From Candidatus Hydrogenedentota bacterium (GTDB taxonomy: Bacteria; Hydrogenedentota; Hydrogenedentia; Hydrogenedentales; JAEUWI01): DNA of 64,000 bases. Made by a program: the position numbers and the translations under genes. Location: contig JAXMOL010000006.1 in assembly GCA_034669905.1 (NCBI GenBank), positions 64,001-128,000 of the forward strand, written 5' to 3'. Below, piece by piece: positions 10,438-22,231 of this stretch. Numbering within the stretch: position 1 is the first letter of the stretch; each line of letters starts with the position of its first letter. The notes beneath the pieces are model-generated. The model searched no databases, was not told the origin of the DNA, and saw only the letters and a program-made list of their open reading frames with translations.

Positions 10438-11199
10438 ATGGCTGAGAACACGGGCGATCGCGCCTTTCGCATTACCGGGCCCGTGGTGGTGACCAATGAC
10501 GATGGTATTGAGGCCGACGGCCTTCAGCACCTCGTGGCCGCACTGGAGCCCATTGTCGACGGCGCGGTCTATGTGGTTGCTCCCTCGAAATGCTACTCCG
10601 GATGTAGCCAGCAGGTCAGCATGAGTCATGGGATTGCCGTTCAATCAGCAGGGGAGCGGCACTTCGCTGTCGATGGCTCTCCGGCCGATTGCACCCGCCT
10701 TGCCCTGACCCACCTGGTCCCCGATTGTCGCTTACTGCTTTCCGGCATCAATCACGGCGGAAACATGGGCCACGATATTCTACTTTCTGGTACGGTGGGG
10801 GCCGCGCGGGAGAGTGCGGTGATGGGCGTTTCGGCCGTCGCCTTTTCCCAATACTTCCAGGGGCAGCGCCAGGTGGATTGGTCGGCTTCTGCAGCGTTGG
10901 CCCTGGTCGCCCTCTCCACGATTATGCAGGATCCCGCGTGCGAAGAAGCGGCGCTGTGGAATATCAATTTGCCCCATCGTCCCAAGGGGACGGAGGGGAT
11001 GCCGGAAATCACCTTCAGCGTACCCTGCACGGCGGCACTGCCCGTGGCCTATGTGGCGGAGGAGCAGGTGTACACCTACGACGGCGCCCGGTATCACGAG
11101 CGCCTGCAGGCACCGGGAACGGATGTAAGCGTTTGCTTCGGCGGCGGTATCTCTGTTTCCCGTCTCGCCGTGGGCCCCATGCCCTATCGCGCCACCTGA
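10438..11199 (+). CDS. surE: 5'/3'-nucleotidase SurE
   Basis: TNDDGI, VVAP, DGSPADC, SGINHGGN, SGTVGAA. Confidence 0.93.
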   Translation: MAENTGDRAFRITGPVVVTNDDGIEADGLQHLVAALEPIVDGAVYVVAPSKCYSGCSQQVSMSHGIAVQSAGERHFAVDGSPADCTRLALTHLVPDCRLLLSGINHGGNMGHDILLSGTVGAARESAVMGVSAVAFSQYFQGQRQVDWSASAALALVALSTIMQDPACEEAALWNINLPHRPKGTEGMPEITFSVPCTAALPVAYVAEEQVYTYDGARYHERLQAPGTDVSVCFGGGISVSRLAVGPMPYRAT

Positions 11200-11519
11200 C
11201 ATTGTGCGGTCGGTTGCGGATTTCCGAGAGGATACCGTATGCTGAGTTGATTCCAATTGACATCCTGAGTGAAACCCCCGGCTCTGCCAGTGAGAATTCA
11301 TACGGCATTGCCGTTCCTGCATGAGTAGTTGGCATTCATACACGGTGCGGTGTGTGCCATGTTCTTTTTTAGTCCCTACGGGACTAACTGCTTTGGCTTC
11401 GTACATGAGTAAGATGATTTGGCCCCTTTTAGGGGCCTTCCTCAAGCCACCCGCTCTGCAGGTAGCCACGGATCGACACGGTGGTCTCTCTGGTGCGAAG
11501 CGCCCGAAAAAGGAAATTC

Positions 11520-12626
11520 ATGTTCAAACCGACTTGCCTGATGGTGCTTGTAGTACTTCTCACCATGCCTGTATACGGAGTGGAAGGGACGACATGGCCG
11601 GCGCAACGTGACGGATTGCACCTGGCCTTTCAAGATGCCCTGCATCCGGCGGTGGCCTACGGGGCCGACGGCACCCCGATTCCAGGCTGGCGTTTTGATG
11701 CCATGGGGCTTGGCCGGGTGCGTCACGACGGTGCCCTGCTCGTGGGGAACGGGGGCTTTGAAGCGCAGACTATCGGCCAGTCCATGGGCGAGGCCTTCGA
11801 GAACAGCAGGGACTTCACGCTCAGTTTCGTCATGACCCCGACTGCCGCGGAGAACTCGGGGGATATCCTGGGGCTAGGTGCCGAGCTCGATTCCGCGGCG
11901 CGCTGGCTACAGATTTCGCAAGTAAACGACACCCTCCACGTTTCGCTGTACACCACGACCGAAGTATTGAAGCTCGTGGCGGGGAAGGTGACGCCGGGGC
12001 ATGCCACGACCGTAGCACTGACGTGCGATGAAGAGGCCTTGGTACTCTACCAGAATGGGCGGGAAGTGGCGCGCCATGCCGTGACCGGCGCGCCTCGGAC
12101 CACAACGCCCACCATCCCCATAGTTGGCCAATCCAAGGCCGATGTGAAGGGGTGGGAGGGTGCCGTGGAGGGGATTGTCCTTTACAAGAGATCGCTCCGT
12201 CCCGAGGCGGTGGCCGCCCTTCATACGTCATTCTCCGCCATACAAAAGGCGCGCGTGCCCGTCGAAACGTTGACCGTGCGTGCGACATTGCGGGAAAAGT
12301 CGACCCTGTTGACGCCCGCCGAGCTGGCGCCTTATGCACGGGGATTGACCGTATTTATCTATGATTTGGAGGAAGTCCTGGACGGGGAATATGAGAAGGA
12401 GACGGTCTACGTCGCCCATTGGACCGTGCTCGACCGGATGGCCCTTCCTTTTACGTCCGTAGCGGTCGGCACCACGCAGACCTTGCGGCTGGAGTTGTTG
12501 GACGAGAACCCCCAACTGGAATCTGAAAACCTCTCGGACGACAGCGTGATCGATTTCTCTATTCCCTATTACTACGACGCAGGAGGACGTTCCCTCCGCG
12601 CCCTTCCGTCCGAAACACGGCCGTAG
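11520..12626 (+). CDS. Secreted LamG/concanavalin A-like domain protein with uncharacterised C-terminal beta domain
   Basis: Signal peptide; LamG-like FTLSF...VALT...LYQNG...WEGAVEGIVLYKRSL; 10 bp upstream of the MBOAT gene. Confidence 0.7.
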   Translation: MFKPTCLMVLVVLLTMPVYGVEGTTWPAQRDGLHLAFQDALHPAVAYGADGTPIPGWRFDAMGLGRVRHDGALLVGNGGFEAQTIGQSMGEAFENSRDFTLSFVMTPTAAENSGDILGLGAELDSAARWLQISQVNDTLHVSLYTTTEVLKLVAGKVTPGHATTVALTCDEEALVLYQNGREVARHAVTGAPRTTTPTIPIVGQSKADVKGWEGAVEGIVLYKRSLRPEAVAALHTSFSAIQKARVPVETLTVRATLREKSTLLTPAELAPYARGLTVFIYDLEEVLDGEYEKETVYVAHWTVLDRMALPFTSVAVGTTQTLRLELLDENPQLESENLSDDSVIDFSIPYYYDAGGRSLRALPSETRP

Positions 12627-12636
12627 TGTTTCGCTT

Positions 12637-14073
12637 ATGGTATTCAGTTCACACCTGTTTATCCTCTACTTTCTTCCCGCGCTGCTGTTGGTATACTACG
12701 CCACGCCGGGGCGCTTCCGGGCGCTGCCGCTGACCCTTCTCAGTTATCTGTTTTATGGATGGGCCAATCCGGCCTTTGTGGTCCTCATGCTCTTTTCCAC
12801 CCTGGTGGACTACGCCATGGGGCTGCGTATCGCCACGGGTCAGATGGTCGAGGCGGAAGATCCCAGTCGGGGCAAAGGGATTCAGCGAAGGGCCCTTTTC
12901 CTCTCCATCGTTACCAATCTTTCCCTGCTGGGCTTCTTTAAATATGCCAATTTCGGCATTGAGAACTACAATGCCCTCTTCACCGCCCTGGGGTGGGAGG
13001 GAGCCCGGTGGGACACGGCCCTGCGCATCACCCTGCCACTGGGGATCAGCTTCTACACCTTTCAGTCCATGAGCTATACCATTGATGTTTATCGGCGGGA
13101 GGCTGCGCCAGAACGCAGTTTCGTGGCCTTTGCCTGTTACGTCTCCATGTTTCCCCAATTGGTGGCCGGTCCTATCGTGCGATTTCATGAGGTGGCCCAA
13201 CAACTGAACGGGCGTCTCCACACGGTGGAGAAGTTTTCCCGGGGCGTTGCCTTTTTCTCCCTGGGGCTTGCGAAGAAAGTATTGTTGGCCAACCCCTGTG
13301 GGCAGGTGGCCGATACCTGTTTCGATGCGGGGGCGGTTCACACTGTGGATGCCTGGTGGGGACTGTTGGCCTACGGCTTCCAGATCTATTTCGATTTCAG
13401 TGCCTACTCCGATATGGCTATTGGACTCGGGCTCATGCTGGGTTTCGTATTTCCCAAAAACTTTGACAGTCCCTATCGCGCTTCGTCCATTACAGAATTC
13501 TGGCATCGCTGGCATCTGTCCCTGTCCCACTTCCTTCGGGACTATCTCTACATCGCCCTGGGGGGCAACCGAAGGGGACAGGCCCGCACCTATGCCAATC
13601 TCATCCTGGTGATGTTGATTGGCGGCCTTTGGCATGGCGCCTCCTGGAACTTTGTGCTGTGGGGTGCCATTCATGGCGGTATGCTGGCATTGGAGCGGAC
13701 GCAGGGGAAGGAGAGTGTGTATCGGCGACTGCCCCACGCCCTACGTGTTGGTGTCACCTTTGCAATAGTATCGCTGGCCTGGATTTTCTTTCGCGCTGCC
13801 GATCTGCCCCAGGCCTGGGCCTATCTCCAGTCGGTGGTGGGTCTGGGTACGGACAGTGATGCGGCCGGTCTTCTTGCGGGCATGCTCTATCAGCCCTACT
13901 ACGTAATCACCATGGTGTTGGCAGCCGCCGTGACCTGGGCTGCACCCCAGACCTGGGATTTTACGCGGGAGATGACCGTGCCCAAAGCGGCCTGGTGTGG
14001 CGTGGCCCTCGTGGTCTCGCTGCTGGTGCTCGCAACGCAAAGCTACAACCCTTTTATCTACTTTATTTTCTAA
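12637..14073 (+). CDS. MBOAT family O-acyltransferase (AlgI/PatA-like)
   Basis: LPLGISFYTFQ, FPQLVAGPIVR, QIYFDFSAYSDMA, FWHRWHLSLS, GLWHGA, C-terminal FIYFIF. Confidence 0.95.
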   Translation: MVFSSHLFILYFLPALLLVYYATPGRFRALPLTLLSYLFYGWANPAFVVLMLFSTLVDYAMGLRIATGQMVEAEDPSRGKGIQRRALFLSIVTNLSLLGFFKYANFGIENYNALFTALGWEGARWDTALRITLPLGISFYTFQSMSYTIDVYRREAAPERSFVAFACYVSMFPQLVAGPIVRFHEVAQQLNGRLHTVEKFSRGVAFFSLGLAKKVLLANPCGQVADTCFDAGAVHTVDAWWGLLAYGFQIYFDFSAYSDMAIGLGLMLGFVFPKNFDSPYRASSITEFWHRWHLSLSHFLRDYLYIALGGNRRGQARTYANLILVMLIGGLWHGASWNFVLWGAIHGGMLALERTQGKESVYRRLPHALRVGVTFAIVSLAWIFFRAADLPQAWAYLQSVVGLGTDSDAAGLLAGMLYQPYYVITMVLAAAVTWAAPQTWDFTREMTVPKAAWCGVALVVSLLVLATQSYNPFIYFIF

Positions 14074-14082
14074 CGAGGTTTC

Positions 14083-16719
14083 ATGACCCACCGTCCGACA
14101 CATCGTGAAGCGCAGGCAGAAGCCGAGATTGGCCACACCGTCTTTGGGCGGGGTGTCGCGCTCGGGATGTGTGTGTTTTTTCTTCTGACGCTGGCGATTC
14201 TTCTCGGTGGGGAACTGCTGCATCGCCGCGCCGATGGTGCGCGAGGTGGGGCGTATGTGCTCGATGCCACCCAGGCCGTGCTGCGCAGTGCCGGGCAGCT
14301 TCCTTCCCAGGTCAAATCGGAGGGGCTGTGGGAGGGACTGGGCCACACCAATCGCGCGGTCCATGCTCAGATGGACGCCTTGGAAACGGGCCTCCAGATG
14401 GGTTCTCCATGGCGCTTACCCTTGTTGACGCCCATGAACCAATGGCTGAGTGGGACACTGGGTGCCAGCAACGCCAATGTCTATGTGGGGAAGGAGGATT
14501 GGCTGTTCTATGGCCCGGCCCTGCGGCACGTAGTGGGACCGCCCATTCCGACGCCGTCGAACGATTCCCTGGGAGTGCTCGTCGCGTTTCAGGCGGCCCT
14601 GGCGGAGCGGGGAATCGCGCTCGTGGTGGTGCCCGTTCCGAGCAAAGTCAGTCTTTATCCCGAGTCTTTCCATGGGCGTATCGGGGACGGTGTGGTGCCG
14701 CGAAACCAGGGCTACGGGGCCTGGCTTAAATCCTTGGAAGCGGCCGGGGTGGTGGTCTTCGATCCCACGCCCGCACTGGTAGAAGGCAAGGAAGGGGGGC
14801 CGGTCTATTTGCGTCGCGATAGCCACTGGTCACCCCGGGGTGTGGAGTATTGTGCAGAAGCACTGTCGGAGTTTCTAGACGCCCAATTCGTCTTTTCCGA
14901 CGCAACGCGACGAGCCTATCGGCGGGGCTCCCCATCAACGGTGGCCTATCGGGGTGATCTGGCGGCCATGCTCTATCCCGATCCGGTAGCCGGTGCGTTG
15001 GTAGAGGAATGGCCCATCCTTCCAGTGGAAGATAGCGACGGAAACCCGTGGCAACCCGAGGTGGGTAGCGAGGTGCTGCTGCTCGGCGACAGCTTTACCA
15101 ACATCTACAGCCAGGAGGGGCTGGGCTGGGGGACAGGGGCTGGCCTCGCCGAACAGTTAAGCCTGCACCTGCAACGCCCGGTGGACCGTATTGCCCAGAA
15201 TGATCACGGGGCCTATGCCGCCCGTCATCGCCTGCAGGACGCCGTCTCGAAGGGTGAAGAGCGCCTGGCCGAAACGGGGGTCGTGGTTTATGAATTTGCC
15301 GTTCGCGAGCTTTCGTGGGGAGATTGGAAGCCAAATCGGAACATGGCCCTGGATCGGGAAGGGGCGGCCCCCTTGGAACGGGGCGTGAAGCAGACCGTAA
15401 CGGGCCGTGTGCGCGCCCGTTCGCTTCCCCCGGCACCCCGATCCGTGCCTTACAAGGATTGTCTGATTTCCGTTATCCTGGAGCCCGATTTGCCCGATGG
15501 AGAAGCCATTCTGTTTTACACCCAGGGCATGGTGGATCACCGATGGACCACCGCGACCACCTGGAACGTGGGCGACCTCATCACCGTCCCGCTGACGCCC
15601 TGGACGGACGTATCCAACGCCTTGGAAAGTCTAAACCGTATGGCCGTGGAGGGGGAGGAGGCCTGCGAGGGCGCCCCCTGGTGGTACGGGGATGGGGCGG
15701 TGGATACCCAGGCCGCCCCCGTGATACATACGGGGCCTTTGGAGGTGGGGAAAGACGTGGGAGCGCCCCTGGAGGTCCTGATAGCTCAAAAAGAAGCGGC
15801 CGGTGAAATGGTCATTCCGGGGCAGGAGAATTGGCTGTATTTTGTGCCCGAGCTGCGGAGCCTTTCGGTGGGAGCGTTCTGGGGTGAGTCGGCCCCGACG
15901 GTCAGTCGTGCCCGCAACGCCCAATGGGCCGATCCCCTGGCGGCGATTGTCGATTTTAATCGGCAACTGGCGGCGGCGGGGGTCACCTTGTTGGTCGTGC
16001 CTGTACCGGCGAAGGCGGCAGTCTATCCCGAGTTCCTTGATGGCGAAGCCTTGACCACGACGGTGGAGGAGCAGGCAGGAGCGCAGGGTGCCCACCGGCG
16101 TTTTCTCCAGGTACTTCGCTCGTCTGGGGTGCAGATTGTGGACCTCCAGCCCCTATTCGAGGCGTCCAGGGAAGGCTCGCCCTACTACTGCCAAACGGAC
16201 ACCCACTGGTCGCCGGCCGGCGCGGCCCTTGCTGCCGGCGAGGTGGCGAAGACAATCCGCGCCTTGCCGGGCTTCGTGGCGACGGCCAATGAGGGCTACT
16301 CCGCCAAGACCGAGGAATTAGTTATCCATGGGGACCTCGCCGCCCTCGCGGGGATGACAGATTCTACCGAGACCCTTCCTTTTACCCGGGTGAGCCGTGC
16401 AGAGGGGGGGCAGCTCGTGCCCGTACCCGTCGATCGGAAGAGCCCGGTCTTGCTGATGGGAGACAGCCACAATCTGGTCTTTCACGCGGGTGGTGACATG
16501 CATGCCACGGGGGGTGGGCTTCCAGACCACCTGGCCCTCGAGTTGGGGAGGGCGGTCGACCTGGTGGCGGTGCGTGGCTCGGGGGCCACGACACCCCGTA
16601 TTAATCTCGCTCGGCGGGGCGACCAATTGGCAGGCAAGAACGTGGTAGTATGGTGTTTCGCCGCCCGTGAATTCACCGAGAGTGTGACGGGCTGGCGCGC
16701 GATTCCGGTCATCCCGTAA
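14083..16719 (+). CDS. Membrane-anchored protein with two AlgX/AlgJ-type SGNH O-acetyltransferase domains
   Basis: Two sets of G-x3-WL(F/Y), VPVP-x-K-x-x-x-YPE, D(S/T)HWS and GDS motifs; follows MBOAT. Confidence 0.88.
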   Translation: MTHRPTHREAQAEAEIGHTVFGRGVALGMCVFFLLTLAILLGGELLHRRADGARGGAYVLDATQAVLRSAGQLPSQVKSEGLWEGLGHTNRAVHAQMDALETGLQMGSPWRLPLLTPMNQWLSGTLGASNANVYVGKEDWLFYGPALRHVVGPPIPTPSNDSLGVLVAFQAALAERGIALVVVPVPSKVSLYPESFHGRIGDGVVPRNQGYGAWLKSLEAAGVVVFDPTPALVEGKEGGPVYLRRDSHWSPRGVEYCAEALSEFLDAQFVFSDATRRAYRRGSPSTVAYRGDLAAMLYPDPVAGALVEEWPILPVEDSDGNPWQPEVGSEVLLLGDSFTNIYSQEGLGWGTGAGLAEQLSLHLQRPVDRIAQNDHGAYAARHRLQDAVSKGEERLAETGVVVYEFAVRELSWGDWKPNRNMALDREGAAPLERGVKQTVTGRVRARSLPPAPRSVPYKDCLISVILEPDLPDGEAILFYTQGMVDHRWTTATTWNVGDLITVPLTPWTDVSNALESLNRMAVEGEEACEGAPWWYGDGAVDTQAAPVIHTGPLEVGKDVGAPLEVLIAQKEAAGEMVIPGQENWLYFVPELRSLSVGAFWGESAPTVSRARNAQWADPLAAIVDFNRQLAAAGVTLLVVPVPAKAAVYPEFLDGEALTTTVEEQAGAQGAHRRFLQVLRSSGVQIVDLQPLFEASREGSPYYCQTDTHWSPAGAALAAGEVAKTIRALPGFVATANEGYSAKTEELVIHGDLAALAGMTDSTETLPFTRVSRAEGGQLVPVPVDRKSPVLLMGDSHNLVFHAGGDMHATGGGLPDHLALELGRAVDLVAVRGSGATTPRINLARRGDQLAGKNVVVWCFAAREFTESVTGWRAIPVIP

Positions 16720-16821
16720 ACGTTTTTGCCCGGAAAACCGTTGATTCTTCACCCTGTGTATCGCTGGACAGGGCGAAGATGCAGACCTTTCCATACCCGC
16801 AACCAATAGGAACTCGACCTG

Positions 16822-17511
16822 GTGTTTTCACGCAAGTTTTTTCGTTGCCGTACGCTCGTTGCCCTGCTGCTGGTTTCCACCGCTGTGCCCTTGCGCGCAC
16901 AGGAAGTGGTTGAATATTCCTATGTCGTGAGTGAAGGTGTTGGGACGGTCTATGTCGCTCCGACCCATGTGCGCTTCTGGTTGCACAAGGTGCTCTCTGA
17001 GGGCGACCTGAAAGCAGGCCTGCGTGCGGTGGAGCCCTTCGACCTGGCCATGCGCGAGTATCTGAACGGTCGGGAGATCCGCCCGTCCAGTCTGGAAGTC
17101 TTCGCCCCTGCGGTGACATCGTTGTCGGAAGGCAAGAGCCAGGTGGCCGTGGAGCTACGCTTCAGTATGGCGGGGATGATTGGGGGCGAGACTGGCCCGG
17201 CCCGCTTTGCCGATCTCTGTGAGCAGATGCGCGCCTTCGGTGAGGCCTTCGAATCCGTTGTTTCTGAGCCCGAACTGGTCGTGGCTGAAAAAGAGACCGC
17301 CATTCGGGACGCGGTGGAAGAAGCCACCAAGCAAGCCTTTACCGCGGCTTCGGGGGCTGCAAGCGCGTTGGGTGGCAGTATCCGTTCTGTGGAGCAGGTA
17401 AAGGTGGATGGCATTGACTGGAATGCCCCACCGGACACCCAGGCCGACTATCCCAATACCGAAGTGATTGCCTGCACGGCCCGGGTTACGGTGACCTACA
17501 TCATTCAGTAG
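16822..17511 (+). CDS. Secreted SIMPL/DUF541-like protein
   Basis: Signal peptide; V-x-G-x-G-x-V-x-V-x-P start, AIRDAVEEA...ALGG, terminal ARVTVTYI. Confidence 0.7.
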   Translation: MFSRKFFRCRTLVALLLVSTAVPLRAQEVVEYSYVVSEGVGTVYVAPTHVRFWLHKVLSEGDLKAGLRAVEPFDLAMREYLNGREIRPSSLEVFAPAVTSLSEGKSQVAVELRFSMAGMIGGETGPARFADLCEQMRAFGEAFESVVSEPELVVAEKETAIRDAVEEATKQAFTAASGAASALGGSIRSVEQVKVDGIDWNAPPDTQADYPNTEVIACTARVTVTYIIQ

Positions 17512-17517
17512 CGAGGG

Positions 17518-18360
17518 CTAATTTCCCAGATTCAGCAGGCCATTGTCCCGTTTGATATACAGGCGAAATCCCCGCTCCGGATCGTAGTCGAGGGTGCCCT
17601 GATGAAGTTCGGCGATCTTACGGGCACTATAGAGCCCCAGTCCCATATGTTGATCGTCGGGCCAGGACGTTTGAAAGGGCTCAAAGGCCTTTTCCGCCAG
17701 TTCGGGTGACAATCCAGGACCGGAATCCCAGATGTCAAAGTAGATGCCCCCGTCTGTGTTTCCCACCGAGACCTTGATTTCCTTGGCTTCGGCAGCTTCC
17801 AGGGCCTGTTGGGCATTGATAAGCAGAAAGAGCAGAGCGAGCTTCAGTTTGGCCAGATCCGCCGGAATGGCGGCCACATCGCTCTGGTAGCTTTTTTCGA
17901 CGGCAATGCGCTGAATCTTCAGTTCGTAATCGCGCAGTACCAGGGCGTCATCCATTAGCTGCTCGGGTGAGGTCAGATTAATGTCCATCCGGTCTTTGCG
18001 GGATATGGACGTCAGCGAAGATACCAGGGCGCTGCACTTGGTGATGCCCTCGATGACGTTGTTCAGCATCTTGACGGAGTCTGGACTGATACCTTCGTCG
18101 TAGGACACGAGCTCCGCATAGGCCATGGCGGCCCCAAGCAGATTGTTGATGTCGTGGGCAATTCCACTGACGCACCCGCCCACCTGTGCGTGCCGGTGCA
18201 ACTGCAGCAGGCGCTTGCGCCCCTCCTCCGAATTCATATCGTAGACTTCCAAGGCCGATGCCACCTTTCCCGATCTTTTAATACCCGATAATTTTGCCAA
18301 CGTGATCTTGGCATAATACCCGGCTATTCGCAAGAAAATGCGATATTTGATTCCGAACAT
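17518..18360 (-). CDS. Cytoplasmic histidine kinase core without sensor domain (start may be 18237)
   Basis: H-box GIAHDINNLL, N-box LLINAQQA, G1 DSGPG, F-box FEPF, G2 MGLGL. Confidence 0.88.
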   Translation of the reverse strand: MFGIKYRIFLRIAGYYAKITLAKLSGIKRSGKVASALEVYDMNSEEGRKRLLQLHRHAQVGGCVSGIAHDINNLLGAAMAYAELVSYDEGISPDSVKMLNNVIEGITKCSALVSSLTSISRKDRMDINLTSPEQLMDDALVLRDYELKIQRIAVEKSYQSDVAAIPADLAKLKLALLFLLINAQQALEAAEAKEIKVSVGNTDGGIYFDIWDSGPGLSPELAEKAFEPFQTSWPDDQHMGLGLYSARKIAELHQGTLDYDPERGFRLYIKRDNGLLNLGN

Positions 18361-18448
18361 ACGAAATGCCGGGCCCGTTCTTCCGGGCCCGGCATGATTG
18401 CGTTGTCATTGCGACAGCGAGTGCTGTGCGAGGGTACCCCGGGTTGGC

Positions 18449-19705
<1,257 letters not shown>

Positions 19706-19748
19706 GATTTCTCCTGGTTTCGTTGTAAGTTCCGTCCTGTGGGGGGGG

Positions 19749-21338
19749 CTAGTTGGCGCTTCCCGGCAGGGAGACCAGGCTCGCGCCGGTCACATGCGGG
19801 ATGCCCCGTACTGCGTCTAATACCGCGTCTGAAACCGCTTCATCGAGATTGAGCACCGTCAATGCGCGCCCTCCCCGACTTGCACGGCCCAGGGACAAGT
19901 TGGCAATATTAATGCCCGCTTCTCCGAGGGTAAGACACACCCGACCAATTATCTGGGGGACATCGTCGTTGATGCAGACCACCATATGCCCTTCGGGCTT
20001 GGCATCCACACGCATTCCGTCGATACTGCATATGCGGGGGTCGTTCCCATCAAAGAGCGTCCCCTTAACCGTGTGGGAGCCTTCGCTGGTGACCACCGTA
20101 ACACCAATTTCAAAGGCATAGTCGGAGGCCGCAGGACTGCGTTTTTCGGTGCAGGCGATTCCGTGCTCTTTGAGTTGATGGGGAGCGCTGATGGTGTTTA
20201 CATCTTCGACCGTCGGACGGAGAAAGCCCGCCAGGATGGCCGAAGTGATGGGGTACACATCGGTGATGCCCAATTCGCCACTGTATTCAATTTCCAGGGC
20301 CGTCGGGCGACTGCTGTAGGTGGCCTGAAACTGACCCAGGCGCTCGGCGAGGCTGAGCAGGGGCGCGAGGCTCGCGCGGGTCTCGGCATCCAGACTCGGC
20401 ACGTTGACCGCATTCACGATTGCGCCGGTCTTCAGGTAGTCCACCATCTGCTCGGCCACCTCGACCGCCACGGTGAGTTGGGCTTCATCGGTCGATGCGG
20501 CGAGATGGGGGGTCAGGACAATATTGTCCAGCCCGATAAAGGGGTTGTTTTCAAAGGGCTCTGACGTATAGACGTCGAGGGCGGCCCCGGCGATCTTTCC
20601 GGCCTTGAGGGCATCGGCGAGGTCCTGCTCATTGACAAGACCACCCCGTGCCGCATTGACGATGCGGCAGGTGGGCTTCATTCTGGCGATGCGCTCGGCA
20701 TTAATGATGTTGTTGGTTTTTTCCGTCATGGGGGCGTGCAGCGTAATGAAATCGGCCCGCTCCACCAATTCGTCGATGCTAACCAGCTCAACGCCCAATG
20801 CGTCGGCTTTCAGTTGGGTCATGATGGGATCGAAGGCGATTACCTTCATTTCGAAGGCCTGCGCCCGCCGCGCCACTTCGCCGCCAATGCGACCCAGCCC
20901 GACGATACCGATAGTCTTGCCGCAGACTTCCGTACCCATGAATTTCTTGCGGTCCCAACGGCCTTCCTGCATGGATTGATTGGCCAGCGGGACGTTGCGG
21001 CAGAGGGAGAAGAGGAGGGCAAAGGTGTGTTCACAGGTGGAGATGGTGTTGCCACCCGGCGTATTCATGACCACGATGCCCTTTTTCGTGGCGGCCTCTT
21101 TGTCGATGTTGTCCGTGCCGACGCCGGCGCGGCCAATGACTTTGAGCTTGTTTGCTTTTGCGAGGGCTTCGGCAGTGACCTTGGTGCCACTACGGACGAC
21201 CAGGCCGTCGTAGTCGCCAATGATGGCTGCCAATTCTGCAGGGGATTGCGGGGGCTTTACATCCACCTCTAAACCCTGCTCACGAAAGACGTTGACGCCT
21301 TCGTCACTCAGACCATCAAGAACCAGAACACGGGCCAT
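19749..21338 (-). CDS. serA: D-3-phosphoglycerate dehydrogenase (long form with ASB and ACT domains)
   Basis: [30 protein letters not shown]-terminal ACT domain. Confidence 0.96.
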   Translation of the reverse strand: MARVLVLDGLSDEGVNVFREQGLEVDVKPPQSPAELAAIIGDYDGLVVRSGTKVTAEALAKANKLKVIGRAGVGTDNIDKEAATKKGIVVMNTPGGNTISTCEHTFALLFSLCRNVPLANQSMQEGRWDRKKFMGTEVCGKTIGIVGLGRIGGEVARRAQAFEMKVIAFDPIMTQLKADALGVELVSIDELVERADFITLHAPMTEKTNNIINAERIARMKPTCRIVNAARGGLVNEQDLADALKAGKIAGAALDVYTSEPFENNPFIGLDNIVLTPHLAASTDEAQLTVAVEVAEQMVDYLKTGAIVNAVNVPSLDAETRASLAPLLSLAERLGQFQATYSSRPTALEIEYSGELGITDVYPITSAILAGFLRPTVEDVNTISAPHQLKEHGIACTEKRSPAASDYAFEIGVTVVTSEGSHTVKGTLFDGNDPRICSIDGMRVDAKPEGHMVVCINDDVPQIIGRVCLTLGEAGINIANLSLGRASRGGRALTVLNLDEAVSDAVLDAVRGIPHVTGASLVSLPGSAN

Positions 21339-21911
21339 TCAACCAAGTCTCCAAAGCAAGTTTGTCTCTGTGTGACCAGGCGATTGCTCCGCAGGGCGCG
21401 CCTGACCAATACAAAGTACGTAATATTTCGTCAACTACCGACATGCGTTGCGCAGGAAGGGGATGCAGGTCACTTAAGCACATAACACCTGCGACGCATG
21501 AGACGCCTGTCTTTGCTTATGTGATGGGGCACAAACAGACCTTCCACGTGCAGCCTTGCGGCGGAATTGGTCCCTTGTCGCGTCTCCAGGAGAGACGTCA
21601 CCACATAACCCATTGCAAAGGGGTCGTTCCATGGGAAGCGCAAGACTAGCAAAAAGTGGGTTAAAATGTCAAATGATATCCGAAGATACGAAGGGCTCAT
21701 GGAAGGGATCCTAAACCTGCAACCATATTGCCACGAACAGGTTGTGAAGACGGCCCGTCACGAAAGCGTGGGCGGGTGTGCGCCACGGCACGGCGGGCTC
21801 CGGTGGGCGAGAAAGTGGGCCCGCGTGCGCGATTTGCCCCGGGGGCGACGCACCGGTTTGTGGAAGCAGGGTTCACGATATCGTCGGGTGCTATCGTCGC
21901 AGTGCACCACG

Positions 21912-21954
21912 TTGACACAGCGGAGGCTAAGATGTATATTCAATACATCTTAGC
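21912..21954 (+). promoter_or_regulatory. Sigma70 promoter of nap operon overlapped by NsrR/Rrf2-like operator
   Basis: TTGACA (21912-17), 17 bp, TATATT (21935-40); perfect 12-5-12 palindrome GCTAAGATGTAT-attca-ATACATCTTAGC (21926-21954). Confidence 0.82.
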
Positions 21955-21979
21955 GTGCCGCTATCTAAGGAGCCAGCCA

Positions 21980-22231
21980 ATGCCCATTTCCAGTCTTGTC
22001 GTGCATACGGGGGAGGAGTACACTTCTAAGGTGCGCGATCAACTCAACGGGCACCCCGTAATCGAGGTGGTTCATGTTTCGGGGGGGGCCATTGCTATCG
22101 TTACGGAGACGCCCGATGATTCGGTCGATAAGCTCTTGTGGAAACAGATAGAGGAAATTCCGGGGGTGAGCCACCTGGAATTGGTCTACCATAATTTTGA
22201 AGATGGGAAGGAATACATCGATGCCCACTAG
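21980..22231 (+). CDS. napD: Nap chaperone NapD
   Basis: MPISSLVV...IVTE...IPGV...LVYH pattern; AAGGAG RBS; directly upstream of napA. Confidence 0.88.
   Translation: MPISSLVVHTGEEYTSKVRDQLNGHPVIEVVHVSGGAIAIVTETPDDSVDKLLWKQIEEIPGVSHLELVYHNFEDGKEYIDAH

Noticed and set aside
21339..21900. ncRNA, riboswitch or small gene in the long serA-napD intergenic region
   Set aside because: No consensus I can recognise and the ORFs lack coding character; an Rfam search would be needed
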